Shown: piece after piece, positions 27,740 to 37,616 of the stretch
How positions within the stretch are numbered: the first letter of the stretch is position 1
Layout of the letters: every line of letters begins with the position of its first letter
NCBI GenBank assembly: GCA_011364975.1
Contig: RDOE01000026.1
Location: forward strand, 1 to 39,906
Reading direction: 5' to 3'
Length of the DNA stretch: 39,906 nucleotides
Origin: Promethearchaeota archaeon
Lineage (GTDB): Archaea; Asgardarchaeota; Lokiarchaeia; Sigyniarchaeales; SOKP01
The notes under the pieces: model-generated
Database searches by the model: none
Seen by the model: the letters and a program-made list of their open reading frames with translations, nothing else
What the model was told of the DNA's origin: nothing
Translations under genes and position numbers: made by a program

Positions 27740-30700
27740 CTAAAAGAAATCTGACAATTTTTGTTGCTTAATCCTGGGATTATTAGTTAAACTCTCAACA
27801 TATTCCTCAATTAAACTCATACGTTGTTTTGTATATTCATCTAAATGAAATTCATCACATAATTTTACCGCTCTTGAAATGTATTTTTCGATTCCTCCTC
27901 TATTTACCGTTAAAATAACATTATTACCGCACTTTGGGCATTTTCCAGCATTGGAAAGAGGGGGTCTCCTAAACTTTTCATTGCATTTAACACATCTAAA
28001 CTTCTGTACCGCAAATTTTCGTAAATTTCCAAGAATATCTGGATTGAAATGAGTAGATAAGATTTTTTCTGCTACCTTTTTAGCGTCAACCGCTTTAATA
28101 ATTTTAGCAAGATGAAGTTGAGCGTCAATTTTATCATCCATAGATTCATAAGTTTTGTATGCCGTTGTGGTAGGACCTTCATTAATATTTCGTGTTGGAA
28201 TATTAAAGCCTATATTTTCATATTGTTCCGTGGTACCTAGTCGTGATTTTATCAATTCCATCATACTCTCTACTTCTGATGGAATTGCGTATCTCTGAGT
28301 GGCCTCATAAAATTCTAAAGGATATTGATAGAGAGTATCGATATTGTGAGCTTCAACATCTATTTCGTTAGGGTCTAATATTGATGAAATTACTAGCGTG
28401 GCATCCATCCTTCCCCCAATTTTGCTTGGTAAATAATACCTTGAAAAATTTAAGAGAGGATCTAGGAGTAACATTATTCCATCTTCATCCCCATCGCAAT
28501 TCCTCCGCTTTGCTGCATGCCAGTAGGGATGAGCGTAAATAGATCTCGCAGGACTAAACCCAATGATTCTCCCTATAATTCCTGCACTAGTATGAGGTGC
28601 TAACCCTACCACTAAATGTCCGATTAAATCCTCTTTACTATGTACATTATAAAAGCGGTCCATTTTATAAACTAGATCAAGTTCATCATCTAAGAAGTTA
28701 GCAAGTTTGATGAAATATTCTGCACAATCATCAGAGAGAAGCACATCCTGGACTTTTAACTCAGCAATCTGATTCTCTTTTACTAATTCATTTCCTTTAT
28801 AATCATGGCTATATCCTAAATCTTTAAGTTGGGTAAGAGAAGTTCCTACTTCCTTGGGCTTAAAATGAGTTAAAGGGATATCTGTTGCATCATAGCGAGT
28901 TTCTGCGGTTTTATAGACCAATAATCCATTCTTTGCTCTTAAAATAGCTTTCTCGATCGGTTCTGGGACTTTAAATTGATTGGTTAGACCAATAATTCCT
29001 TTTAACTTATCGGGGAGGGTGATTTTTAGCCGTTCTAATGCAGAATTGACATAACCTTTAATATCAAATCTAGCTTCATTTGAAAAAGATAAATCACTTC
29101 CGCATTGAGTACATTTTATTTCATATTTTGGATACATTTTATTGCATTTTGAGCATATCTTTTGAAATTTAGTATGTGTCCTACATTTAGAACAGATATT
29201 TAAGGGAGTCACTTCTCCACATTTAGGACACTTTTTGCGACAGATATCAATTTTAATTTTCCCTATTTCTATAGCTTTTTCTACTAATCTTGAATTCCCA
29301 ACCTTGTCACTAAGTGGAAACAATCCATGGACTCCCTTCATACTTTTGCGTTCGGATTTCTCAGGGCGCCCCATCCTTGTTCCCATATAATAAGGTGCTT
29401 TATTTCGAACTTCTATAGGAGATAATCTTAAGAAATTACTAAATATATCCAAATTTTCTTCTATTTCAACAGAGCTGCTATGCTCTAAATTAAAAATTGT
29501 ACTAAAAATTTTTATCCTATCTGGACTAATAATAAGGCTTTCTTCCTTTACAGTATGAGATACAAAAGCTTTTTCTAAAATTTCCTTTATTTCGTGATTG
29601 TTTTTTAAAATAATATTATTCTCTTCTGCATTATATCCCTCCAATAATGCATTTCTTAAAATTTTTAATTCTCTACTAGTGATATTTCCCCAATAATCTG
29701 TATAATAAGGATGTAATGGAGTCTTATATTCAAATCCTATCTTTAAAGCGTCATTCTGCGATGGTATATTTTTAAACGGATCTTCAATATATCTGGAAAT
29801 ATCGGAGTCACATTTCTGTTGGGCTTTACTATTTTTTTCTAATTCTAAAACCCACCATTCTTCCACATAGCCCGATGGGACTAAAATATGGTTATTTTCA
29901 GCAAATTCTCCAAAACCAAAGAGAATATCTCCAAGATATAAGACTTTTTTAATTTCAGGAAATATTTTTTTTGCCAAACTAGCATTTGGGACTCTTAAAA
30001 CATCACCATTTTTAAGTAAAACCACAGGGGGTTCTAGGGAACTGACTGGACACATGCTCGCACTTTTTCCCGGTCGTTCAATTCTAAGCTGAGTACCTAT
30101 TGCAATAAAATCATCTAAAATTGCCATTGTTGCGGGATGGATTCCTGCTGCGGCTAAACCCGTATTTCGAGATCTGCCATACCGTATACGATGCCCTCCC
30201 ACTTGAGACGGATGACTAAAAACAGGCCTTCCAGCAATGATGTCTGAAACGTACTTTGAATTTGGCGTTATTTTAAATTTATTCTTTTTTTGTTTAATTT
30301 CATTAGAATCATCAACTTTTTGAGCAATTTTTTTTAAATCTGCTAACCATTCCCAACCAGAGATATTCATAGATTCTGCGATCTTTAACAATTTTGGTGC
30401 TTTAAGAAGGATTCCATCATTTAATACCAAGCAAGCACCACCTCTTATATTATTAGTTTCTATGCGTGGTAAGTTTCTAAACGCAGAAACTTCTTCATCT
30501 TCAGTGGAATCTCCATTGATTTCTACTGGTAAATGCTCTACAGCAAATCTTATCTCATCATTAGATGAAGGATATTGTAAATGGACTCTTCTATCATATA
30601 ATTTAACTTCTTCTACATAACGTCCAATTTCTGCTTCGGTTGCACGATACTTAGGTATTTGAGACTTATTTCTAACATAATCAGCAATTAGAATACATAA

Positions 30701-31168
30701 TGCTGCTGTTGTTCCTCCTGCAGCCCTGATTGGACCTGCAAAGTATAAGGATAAATATTTGTTATTTTGTTGATCATTGCGGATTTGTATCTTCGAAATA
30801 CCCTCAAGCGGAGCACTTACAACCCCCATAGTCTTTATAGCCAGCCCAACTCGTATTGCCCGTTCAACGCGCTCTTCTAGTGACTTCAAATTTCCAACTT
30901 TTTCATCAAGTATTGCTAAAACGACGTCAAAAACAATTTGATCGTCTGATTTTCCCTTAGATTTCAAATCTCTTATAAGATCAGCTACTCCTTCTGGTCC
31001 AACAAGTTTTTCAACCCTTCCTGCTAAATCCTTAGCTTGAGGAGATTCTACATAATCCTCAGGATCTAATCCTTTCTGACGAGCATATTCCGCAATTTCA
31101 TAACATTTGTCTACCGCTTTTTGTAATTTTGTAAAATATTGCTTATTTTCCTCACTCATTTCAACCAT
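27740..31168 (-). CDS. polC: DNA polymerase D large (catalytic) subunit DP2
   Basis: YFAGPIRAAGGT, RIRYGRSRNTG, GTRMGRPEK, catalytic KRRNCDGDED, GGRMDATL, Zn modules, C-terminal PIP box QQKLSDFF. Confidence 0.97.
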   Translation of the reverse strand: MVEMSEENKQYFTKLQKAVDKCYEIAEYARQKGLDPEDYVESPQAKDLAGRVEKLVGPEGVADLIRDLKSKGKSDDQIVFDVVLAILDEKVGNLKSLEERVERAIRVGLAIKTMGVVSAPLEGISKIQIRNDQQNNKYLSLYFAGPIRAAGGTTAALCILIADYVRNKSQIPKYRATEAEIGRYVEEVKLYDRRVHLQYPSSNDEIRFAVEHLPVEINGDSTEDEEVSAFRNLPRIETNNIRGGACLVLNDGILLKAPKLLKIAESMNISGWEWLADLKKIAQKVDDSNEIKQKKNKFKITPNSKYVSDIIAGRPVFSHPSQVGGHRIRYGRSRNTGLAAAGIHPATMAILDDFIAIGTQLRIERPGKSASMCPVSSLEPPVVLLKNGDVLRVPNASLAKKIFPEIKKVLYLGDILFGFGEFAENNHILVPSGYVEEWWVLELEKNSKAQQKCDSDISRYIEDPFKNIPSQNDALKIGFEYKTPLHPYYTDYWGNITSRELKILRNALLEGYNAEENNIILKNNHEIKEILEKAFVSHTVKEESLIISPDRIKIFSTIFNLEHSSSVEIEENLDIFSNFLRLSPIEVRNKAPYYMGTRMGRPEKSERKSMKGVHGLFPLSDKVGNSRLVEKAIEIGKIKIDICRKKCPKCGEVTPLNICSKCRTHTKFQKICSKCNKMYPKYEIKCTQCGSDLSFSNEARFDIKGYVNSALERLKITLPDKLKGIIGLTNQFKVPEPIEKAILRAKNGLLVYKTAETRYDATDIPLTHFKPKEVGTSLTQLKDLGYSHDYKGNELVKENQIAELKVQDVLLSDDCAEYFIKLANFLDDELDLVYKMDRFYNVHSKEDLIGHLVVGLAPHTSAGIIGRIIGFSPARSIYAHPYWHAAKRRNCDGDEDGIMLLLDPLLNFSRYYLPSKIGGRMDATLVISSILDPNEIDVEAHNIDTLYQYPLEFYEATQRYAIPSEVESMMELIKSRLGTTEQYENIGFNIPTRNINEGPTTTAYKTYESMDDKIDAQLHLAKIIKAVDAKKVAEKILSTHFNPDILGNLRKFAVQKFRCVKCNEKFRRPPLSNAGKCPKCGNNVILTVNRGGIEKYISRAVKLCDEFHLDEYTKQRMSLIEEYVESLTNNPRIKQQKLSDFF

Positions 31169-31442
31169 TTGCTCATCAACACCTGAAATTAATAAAAAAT
31201 AATGATATTATAGAAAATCTTATTATATTACTTTTATGACTTACTTAGAAAATAAATTAATTTATTAATCCCATAATTCTCTGTTCTTATTTTAATAGAG
31301 AGAGTTTTTAGATTTATAGAGAAATATACTAAAAAATTAGACTCTCTTAGAATATAAAACATGGTTTGTTTTTTGTTTAATAATAAATAATTAAATTTAA
31401 TTCAAACAATAATAGTATAGTTCTTTTTGAGACGATACAAAT

Positions 31443-33227
31443 TTGATTGATAATAAAGTTAACCAGAAGAAGCTAGTTGTTAACAAATTAACCTCTGCTG
31501 GAATAAATATTACACCTGAAACCTTAAATATAATAATGAGTTTGGAAAATCCATTGGAGATTCTCAATCTTATAATAAAGGAAACTAGTTTTATTCCCTC
31601 TTTTAATAGTTACCTAACCCTAAATATTCTCCAAAAAATATCAAATGAAGAAATACAAAAGACATTAAAACGCTTCGTCTCAAAAGAAATAATAATAGAA
31701 AATTTAAATTCTACTTCAGAAAAGCCAGAAAAAGCAGAATGGATTGTAAATGTAGAAAAATTTAGTATTGAACCTGAAAAGAAAGATATGATAAATTCTT
31801 CGAATATAGAAGGTATTAATAACTTTAAAGAGAAATCAAATTTGGCTCTCTTAGGACATGTTTCCGCTTCTTTACCTAAACCCTCAAAAGAGAAAAAAAA
31901 ATCAAAAATTTATGATTCTGCTAAATCAACTCTTCATTTCAAACCCCTTGCAAAAGAATTTGACTTTTCATATGAGATATTAAAGGATCCTACTGGAAAG
32001 TTGTTTACTAGTGGAGATTATGATGACTTTTACGATCTAACCTTAGATAAATACAATAAGCTTAGGAATCTTATGAGAAAGAGACCCGAAATGAAAGCTG
32101 CGACAAATATAAGTAATATTTTTCGACTATCCAGAAATTTTGAGATATCAACTCTCGGTTTAGTTAACGATATATACCAAAGTAAAAATGGAAATTATAT
32201 TATAACCTTAGAAGATATAACTGGCACTATTAATGTATTAATGAGAAATGTGTCTGAAAACGTTGATTATATCAAAACTATTGAACGAACTGTTAAGGAT
32301 CAGTTGTTATATGTGGATGGAGTTTATAACCCTGGTGAACAAGGGAAAACTGGTATCATTTTTGCAAATACTATTTCAAAAATTGATATCCCTACTGATT
32401 ATAAGCCAAACATTTCAGAAGAACCCGTATCAGCAGCATTAATTTCAGATTTACATATTGGTAGTAAAGAATTTGAAGAAAAATTATTTACTAAATTTCT
32501 TAATTTCATAAATGGAAAAATTAACAAAAAGAATTATAGAGAAATAGCCTCAAAAGTAAAATATATTATAATTAATGGGGACTTAGTTGATGGAATTGGT
32601 GTTTATCCCAATCAACAAGAGGATCTAACTATTTCAGATATATTCAAGCAATATAATTTCGCAGCAGAATTATTATCAAATATTCCTGAATATATTAAAA
32701 TCTTTTATGTTGCAGGAAATCATGAACCGGTAAGAAATGCAATTCCAAGACCTGCAGTACCCAAGAAATATTCCCAAGAATTATTAAATCTTGGAGTTAA
32801 ATGCTTAGGTAATCCTTCTTTAATTAGAACTCATAATGTTAATACTCTTATTTACCATGGAGAGAGCATGCATGATATGAATATGATAATTCATGGATTA
32901 GATAACAATAATCCTGTTGAAACAATGAAAGAACTTTTAATATGTAGGCATTTAGCTCCAGTTTATGGAGAAAAAACTCAAATTGCGCCAGTTGATAACG
33001 ATTGGTTAGTTATTGATAAAATTCCTGATATTTTTCATACAGGTCATATTCATATTAATGGCATTGGGCGATATAGAAATGTATCTCTAATCAATTCCGG
33101 GTGTTTCCAAGCACAAACAGACTTTATGAGAAGTTTTGGGATATCACCAACACCGGGTATCACTCCTATTATTGAATTAGATACTTTAAATGTATTGCCC
33201 TTGGATTTTAAAAAAATTAATTCATGA
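31443..33227 (+). CDS. polB: DNA polymerase D small (proofreading) subunit DP1
   Basis: OB fold (LEDITG), phosphoesterase motifs ISDLHIGS, GDLVDGIGVYP, GNHE, YHG, HTGHIH, NSGCFQAQT. TTG start. Confidence 0.95.
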   Translation: MIDNKVNQKKLVVNKLTSAGINITPETLNIIMSLENPLEILNLIIKETSFIPSFNSYLTLNILQKISNEEIQKTLKRFVSKEIIIENLNSTSEKPEKAEWIVNVEKFSIEPEKKDMINSSNIEGINNFKEKSNLALLGHVSASLPKPSKEKKKSKIYDSAKSTLHFKPLAKEFDFSYEILKDPTGKLFTSGDYDDFYDLTLDKYNKLRNLMRKRPEMKAATNISNIFRLSRNFEISTLGLVNDIYQSKNGNYIITLEDITGTINVLMRNVSENVDYIKTIERTVKDQLLYVDGVYNPGEQGKTGIIFANTISKIDIPTDYKPNISEEPVSAALISDLHIGSKEFEEKLFTKFLNFINGKINKKNYREIASKVKYIIINGDLVDGIGVYPNQQEDLTISDIFKQYNFAAELLSNIPEYIKIFYVAGNHEPVRNAIPRPAVPKKYSQELLNLGVKCLGNPSLIRTHNVNTLIYHGESMHDMNMIIHGLDNNNPVETMKELLICRHLAPVYGEKTQIAPVDNDWLVIDKIPDIFHTGHIHINGIGRYRNVSLINSGCFQAQTDFMRSFGISPTPGITPIIELDTLNVLPLDFKKINS

Positions 33228-33260
33228 TTCAAATTAATATTCCAATTAAGAGATTAACAT

Positions 33261-33944
33261 ATGAAGTTTACAATTCCTCGAGATAACCTCTCTGAAATGG
33301 TTTTATATATCTGGAAAATAATTGAGTATCCTCAAATTTCTTTAGACGAATTATATTATAAAATTTCGTTCGATTTGTTTTTGTATCCTCCAAATGAAAC
33401 GAAAAAGGTTATTGAGAGTGCAATTAAGGCAAATTATTTAATTAAAACCCCAGATAACAATATTAAATTATCAAATAACCTTGAAAAGCAATTAAAAACA
33501 TGGAATCTAAATCAAAAAGATACCATCATAAGAAAAATACAGCAATTACAAAAACAGAACCAAGAAAGAACGGAATTTATTGAGGAAAATAAAAACCAAT
33601 TCAATATATTATTAAAAGCATTGTTAGATAAGGGGACTATTAATAGAGCTGCAGGTATTTCTGATAGTGATTTGAAAATAACTGAATTTTCACCTCAAAA
33701 AGGCACACTTAAGGCAACCATAAAGGGTTCTAAAGAATTTCCTTATGATATTGAAATTGATCTTAATCAAAAAATGATTAAGCATAATTGTCATGATTTT
33801 GAAACGAAAAGGGCTCAAAACTATAAGTTTTGTAAACATTTAGCAAAATTATTTCTTATTCTAAGGAAAAGTGATGAGGGTTGGGCAAATCAAGCCCTTG
33901 AAAAGATTACTACAAATATTGAAGAGTGGACATTTACAACCTAA
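33261..33944 (+). CDS. Hypothetical protein with an N-terminal winged-helix-like region and a C-terminal SWIM-like Zn finger
   Basis: ATIKGSKEFPYDIEID..KHNCHDF-x10-CKH fits the SWIM pattern with His replacing the first Cys. Confidence 0.72.
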   Translation: MKFTIPRDNLSEMVLYIWKIIEYPQISLDELYYKISFDLFLYPPNETKKVIESAIKANYLIKTPDNNIKLSNNLEKQLKTWNLNQKDTIIRKIQQLQKQNQERTEFIEENKNQFNILLKALLDKGTINRAAGISDSDLKITEFSPQKGTLKATIKGSKEFPYDIEIDLNQKMIKHNCHDFETKRAQNYKFCKHLAKLFLILRKSDEGWANQALEKITTNIEEWTFTT

Positions 33945-35260
33945 AGTAGTTTTTTAAACACATTATTCTTCACACGTACTTTATCTCCTTGAAGAAGGAT
34001 TGGTTTGTAGTTGAGAAGATCATGTGTTTTAATGCGAGTGATCCGAGATAATACTCGCTCCATCAGCTCATTATCAACATCAAGCTTGATAATTTTGGTT
34101 CTTCCATAATGACCCATTGATTTAGTATTCGCATTTATTAATCCTGCTAATGCTAATTCATTAATATAATCACTTATTCTCCGATGAGTCAGCTGTTTCA
34201 AACCCGGTATTCTACTCGCCAGATCATTATGAACTTCATATATATCACCTGAAGTTATCACATTGTCAGCATTATATTTAGTTAATAAGTATACTGCGGT
34301 AAGGGTTAATTGTGCCTGTAATGGCATTGAAAATATATACTCTACAATATGATCTTTATCAATTTCTTTTTGAGCTTTATGAACATGTTGTTCTAAAACT
34401 TTTCTACTTTGATTTCTTTCTGCAGTTTCACCTGCTTTTCGTAAAAGTTGGAGAGCTTTTCGTGCGTCTCCATGTTCTCGTGCTGCTAAACCAGCACATA
34501 ATTTAATCACACCCTCTTCTATTACGCCTTCATCGAATGCGATATTAGCACGAAGATATAAAATATCCGCTAATTCATTTGCATTGTAGGGATGGAATAC
34601 AATCGGTTCTTCCTCATCCAGGGTTGATGTAACTCTTGAATCCAAGAATTGCATTAACTTTAGTTTATTTGAAATTCCAATTACACTAGTTCTACATAAA
34701 TCTAAATTCTCATTTAATCTCGTTAAATTATAAAGGATTTCATTTCCTCCTTTCTTCTCAACTAGAATATCTATTTCATCCAGTACAAGAAAACATACGC
34801 TTTCTTTTATTGTTTGGTCAAACAATCCAAGTAACTTTTTTAATATGATATCTTTTGGTAATCCCGTTGGGGGTATCTTTTCTTTTCCAACAATTGTATT
34901 ATATATGTGAGCGAGTATCCTGTATGGCGTTGAAACAATATTACAATTTATATATATCCACCAAGGAGGATTTGCAGTACAATGCTGAGCTATTTTTTGG
35001 GATAAATAACGAATTGTAGCTGTTTTTCCTGTTCCTGTCATCCCATAACACAAAAAATTTGGAGGTACATCACCATTTAAAGCACAAGCCGTAATTCCTG
35101 CAATCTTTTCAATTTCATTATCTCTATGGGGCAATTCGTTAGGAATAAAAGATGGTTCTAAAGCCTCACGATTTCTAAAGATTTTTGGTCCTTTCAGGTA
35201 ATTTTTATAGAATTTGTCAATATTAAAACTATAATTATTATTATCTTGATTTGTCAACAC
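33941..35260 (-). CDS. cdc6: Orc1/Cdc6 replication initiator
   Basis: FIPNELPHRD, Walker A GMTGTGKT, YINC, Walker B LVLDEID, FHPYNANEL, GDARKAL, winged helix with RRISDYINEL..GRTK. Confidence 0.96.
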   Translation of the reverse strand: MLTNQDNNNYSFNIDKFYKNYLKGPKIFRNREALEPSFIPNELPHRDNEIEKIAGITACALNGDVPPNFLCYGMTGTGKTATIRYLSQKIAQHCTANPPWWIYINCNIVSTPYRILAHIYNTIVGKEKIPPTGLPKDIILKKLLGLFDQTIKESVCFLVLDEIDILVEKKGGNEILYNLTRLNENLDLCRTSVIGISNKLKLMQFLDSRVTSTLDEEEPIVFHPYNANELADILYLRANIAFDEGVIEEGVIKLCAGLAAREHGDARKALQLLRKAGETAERNQSRKVLEQHVHKAQKEIDKDHIVEYIFSMPLQAQLTLTAVYLLTKYNADNVITSGDIYEVHNDLASRIPGLKQLTHRRISDYINELALAGLINANTKSMGHYGRTKIIKLDVDNELMERVLSRITRIKTHDLLNYKPILLQGDKVRVKNNVFKKLL

Positions 35261-35285
35261 AAAAAGACACCATAAGTAATTTTAA

Positions 35286-35315
35286 TCCACTCGAAACACA
35301 ATAATTTCGATTGCA
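35286..35315. promoter_or_regulatory. Inverted pair of mini-ORB-like boxes upstream of cdc6
   Basis: TCCACTCGAAAC (+, 35286-35297) and TGCAATCGAAAT (-, 35304-35315) resemble the archaeal ORB core TCCAnTnGAAAY. Confidence 0.5.
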
Positions 35316-35563
35316 TACTTAATAAAGATTTTTATTAATCACAAAATTATTGGATATCTATTAAGACTTTAATATATTAGCTAATATTTCTTGAATTATA
35401 TCAACATTAGCAGTAATATTTTATATTATTGTCGGAGCTTTAAAAGATAATTATTTAGGGAGCAATATTATTAATGGTTTACTATAGTAGAATATATTTA
35501 CCAAAATTTAATTTAAATTAAAAACTAGATATTTTAAGTTTTCAGATAATAGGAATAAATTGT

Positions 35564-36337
35564 ATGCCCTCAATTCTTAGAAATAGTGATATCGAGCATA
35601 AACATACATTTATAGCTAAAATATTAGCAATTTGTTTTGGTGTAATATTATTCATTCATTTCTTAATTATTTCATTTCTCTTCTCATGGGCAGATTGGGT
35701 TGCGACGTTAATATTTAGTATGCTATTTATAGTACCGGGCTATTTATCTAATGCTGGAATGGTACTTGTAGGAGGTGGAAAGCCAATAGATAAGGGTAAA
35801 TATTGGAAAGATGGTAGAAGAATATTAGGGGACCATAAAACAATAGGGGGGTTTATTAAAGGACCATTGTACATAGGAATCCCTATAAGTCTAGGAATTT
35901 ATTTATTATTTTTTGTGTTATGGCCTTTTATTCAATTGATTCCAATTGAAGGAAAAACACTTGGAATTTACGCGTTATATACAGAAATTTTTGATTATCA
36001 ATACTATTTTATTGGAGGTACTTTTCCAATTGGGATTTTAATCATATTTATTAGAATTATCTTTTGTGCTTATGGTGCTGCTTTTGGAGATTTAGTAGGA
36101 TCATTTTTAAAAAGAAGAGTTAATATCGAAAGTGGTGCTCCTTTTTGGATTGTAGATCAATTAGATTTTGCACTTGGTTCAATATTTTTTGCTTCAATTC
36201 CTGTTATGTTTCTTCCAGGTTTTTATTTTGCTCCAGATATTAATATAATAATTTTTTTAATGATTTTAACTCCATCTGTAAGTATAATAGCAAATACAAT
36301 AGCATACATTATTGGCTTAAAAGATGTGCCTTGGTAA
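35564..36337 (+). CDS. carS: CDP-archaeol synthase
   Basis: PGYLSNA, PIDKG..DGRRILGDHKT, GDLVGSFLKRR, DQLDF, C-terminal GLKDVPW. Confidence 0.93.
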   Translation: MPSILRNSDIEHKHTFIAKILAICFGVILFIHFLIISFLFSWADWVATLIFSMLFIVPGYLSNAGMVLVGGGKPIDKGKYWKDGRRILGDHKTIGGFIKGPLYIGIPISLGIYLLFFVLWPFIQLIPIEGKTLGIYALYTEIFDYQYYFIGGTFPIGILIIFIRIIFCAYGAAFGDLVGSFLKRRVNIESGAPFWIVDQLDFALGSIFFASIPVMFLPGFYFAPDINIIIFLMILTPSVSIIANTIAYIIGLKDVPW

Positions 36338-36348
36338 ATCCTATATAA

Positions 36349-36948
36349 TTACAAATTAAAAACTTCACATTTTATAATAATAGGAAAACCGTTATTTTCT
36401 TCACACTTCATATGATTTTCAAATATTCTATTAACTGCTTTTATGTAATTACCCTTACATCCAATAGCTATTCCTCTTTCAATAAAGGAAAGGAATCCTA
36501 TAATAATCTCCCTTTTACCTGTTTCGACGTTTATCTCAATTCGTAAATCATGGATGTAGGGGTCTGGAAAGAATGCAAATAATAGTTTTATCAATGTATC
36601 TTCTTCTCGAATTATGACCACTTTTTTTTGTACAAATCTTTTACGCATATAAGGCAATTTTGATTTCGCTTCAAAATAGTTCTCATTATTAATGAAAAAA
36701 AATACAAAATTTTTTATAATAATCACATTTCGTGGATAAATCTCGGTTATTTTATGAAAAAAATGAAAAAGAAGTAGTTCTTCATTTGAAAATTTTCGTT
36801 TAATCCGAACTTTTTGATAAAAAAGTATATTATCTAAAAATGAATTCTGAATTGTACTTAACATGTCAATTAATTTTTGTATGACATTATAAAGTCCACC
36901 TAAATTATACTCTACTATTACAAAATATTTAATTTCCCTTAGAACCAT
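36349..36948 (-). CDS. Divergent archaeal NusA-like KH-domain protein (start probably later than annotated)
   Basis: IKRKFSNEELL..FHKITEIYP..KKVVIIREE..RGIAIGCKGNYIK follows the archaeal NusA layout; only the second GxxG loop is visible. Confidence 0.6.
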   Translation of the reverse strand: MVLREIKYFVIVEYNLGGLYNVIQKLIDMLSTIQNSFLDNILFYQKVRIKRKFSNEELLLFHFFHKITEIYPRNVIIIKNFVFFFINNENYFEAKSKLPYMRKRFVQKKVVIIREEDTLIKLLFAFFPDPYIHDLRIEINVETGKREIIIGFLSFIERGIAIGCKGNYIKAVNRIFENHMKCEENNGFPIIIKCEVFNL

Positions 36949-36980
36949 TATTATTTAAAATAAATTTAATTAGGTTATTT

Positions 36981-37418
36981 ATGAAAAACGCAGGTTTTGA
37001 ATTTAAAGAACATACTGCAGATATAAGAGTAAAAAGCTGGGGAAGATCTTTAGAGGAGGCTTTTTCCCAAACGGCGTATAGTCTAATGACTACACTTTCT
37101 CCCGATCTGAAAAAGATTAGCCCTATAGTTAAAAAAAAGATTAAAATTATAGCTGAAGATATTGGAGCCTTATTATTTGATTTTCTTTCAGAATTTCTCT
37201 ACATATTTGATGTTCAGGGTCTTATTTTTAGTAAAATTGATGTACTTTCAATAACAAAATCTAATAATAAGTATAAGTTAGTTGCTCAACTTCAGGGTGA
37301 AAACTTCAATTCGGAAAAGCATGATATCGGAACTGAAGTAAAAGCGATCACCTATTCTTTTATGAATATTGAGCAATCAGAAGATAGAGTTACGATAGAT
37401 ATTGTGTTTGATATATAG
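36981..37418 (+). CDS. Archease (RtcB cofactor)
   Basis: EHTADI..GRSLEEAF, LLFDFLSEFLY, EVKAITY, C-terminal VFDI. Confidence 0.95.
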   Translation: MKNAGFEFKEHTADIRVKSWGRSLEEAFSQTAYSLMTTLSPDLKKISPIVKKKIKIIAEDIGALLFDFLSEFLYIFDVQGLIFSKIDVLSITKSNNKYKLVAQLQGENFNSEKHDIGTEVKAITYSFMNIEQSEDRVTIDIVFDI

Positions 37419-37616
37419 TTGAAATTTAGTAAAATATTCTCTTTTCTAACTACTATTATTCTAAAAAGAATCCATGTTTTTAGTTTGATTTAAATAGATT
37501 ATTTATGATAATTCTATGATTGATGTTAAGTGAAGAACTAAAGTTTTTCAAACTAATCTAAAAAACACGGTAGGGGTAGATTTAAAATGCCTGGATCAGC
37601 TGGAGTCATTCCTAAA

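Noticed and set aside
28480-28520. Intein at the DP2 RRN/CDGDED site (RtcB, NrdD, Rpo2 and Cdc6 also checked)
   Set aside because: Motifs are contiguous, protein lengths are normal, and no splice-junction or LAGLIDADG blocks were seen.
26169-34506. Short ORFs inside roadblock-Rab, enoyl-CoA hydratase, DP1 and cdc6
   Set aside because: They are nested in well-supported genes and have no independent evidence.
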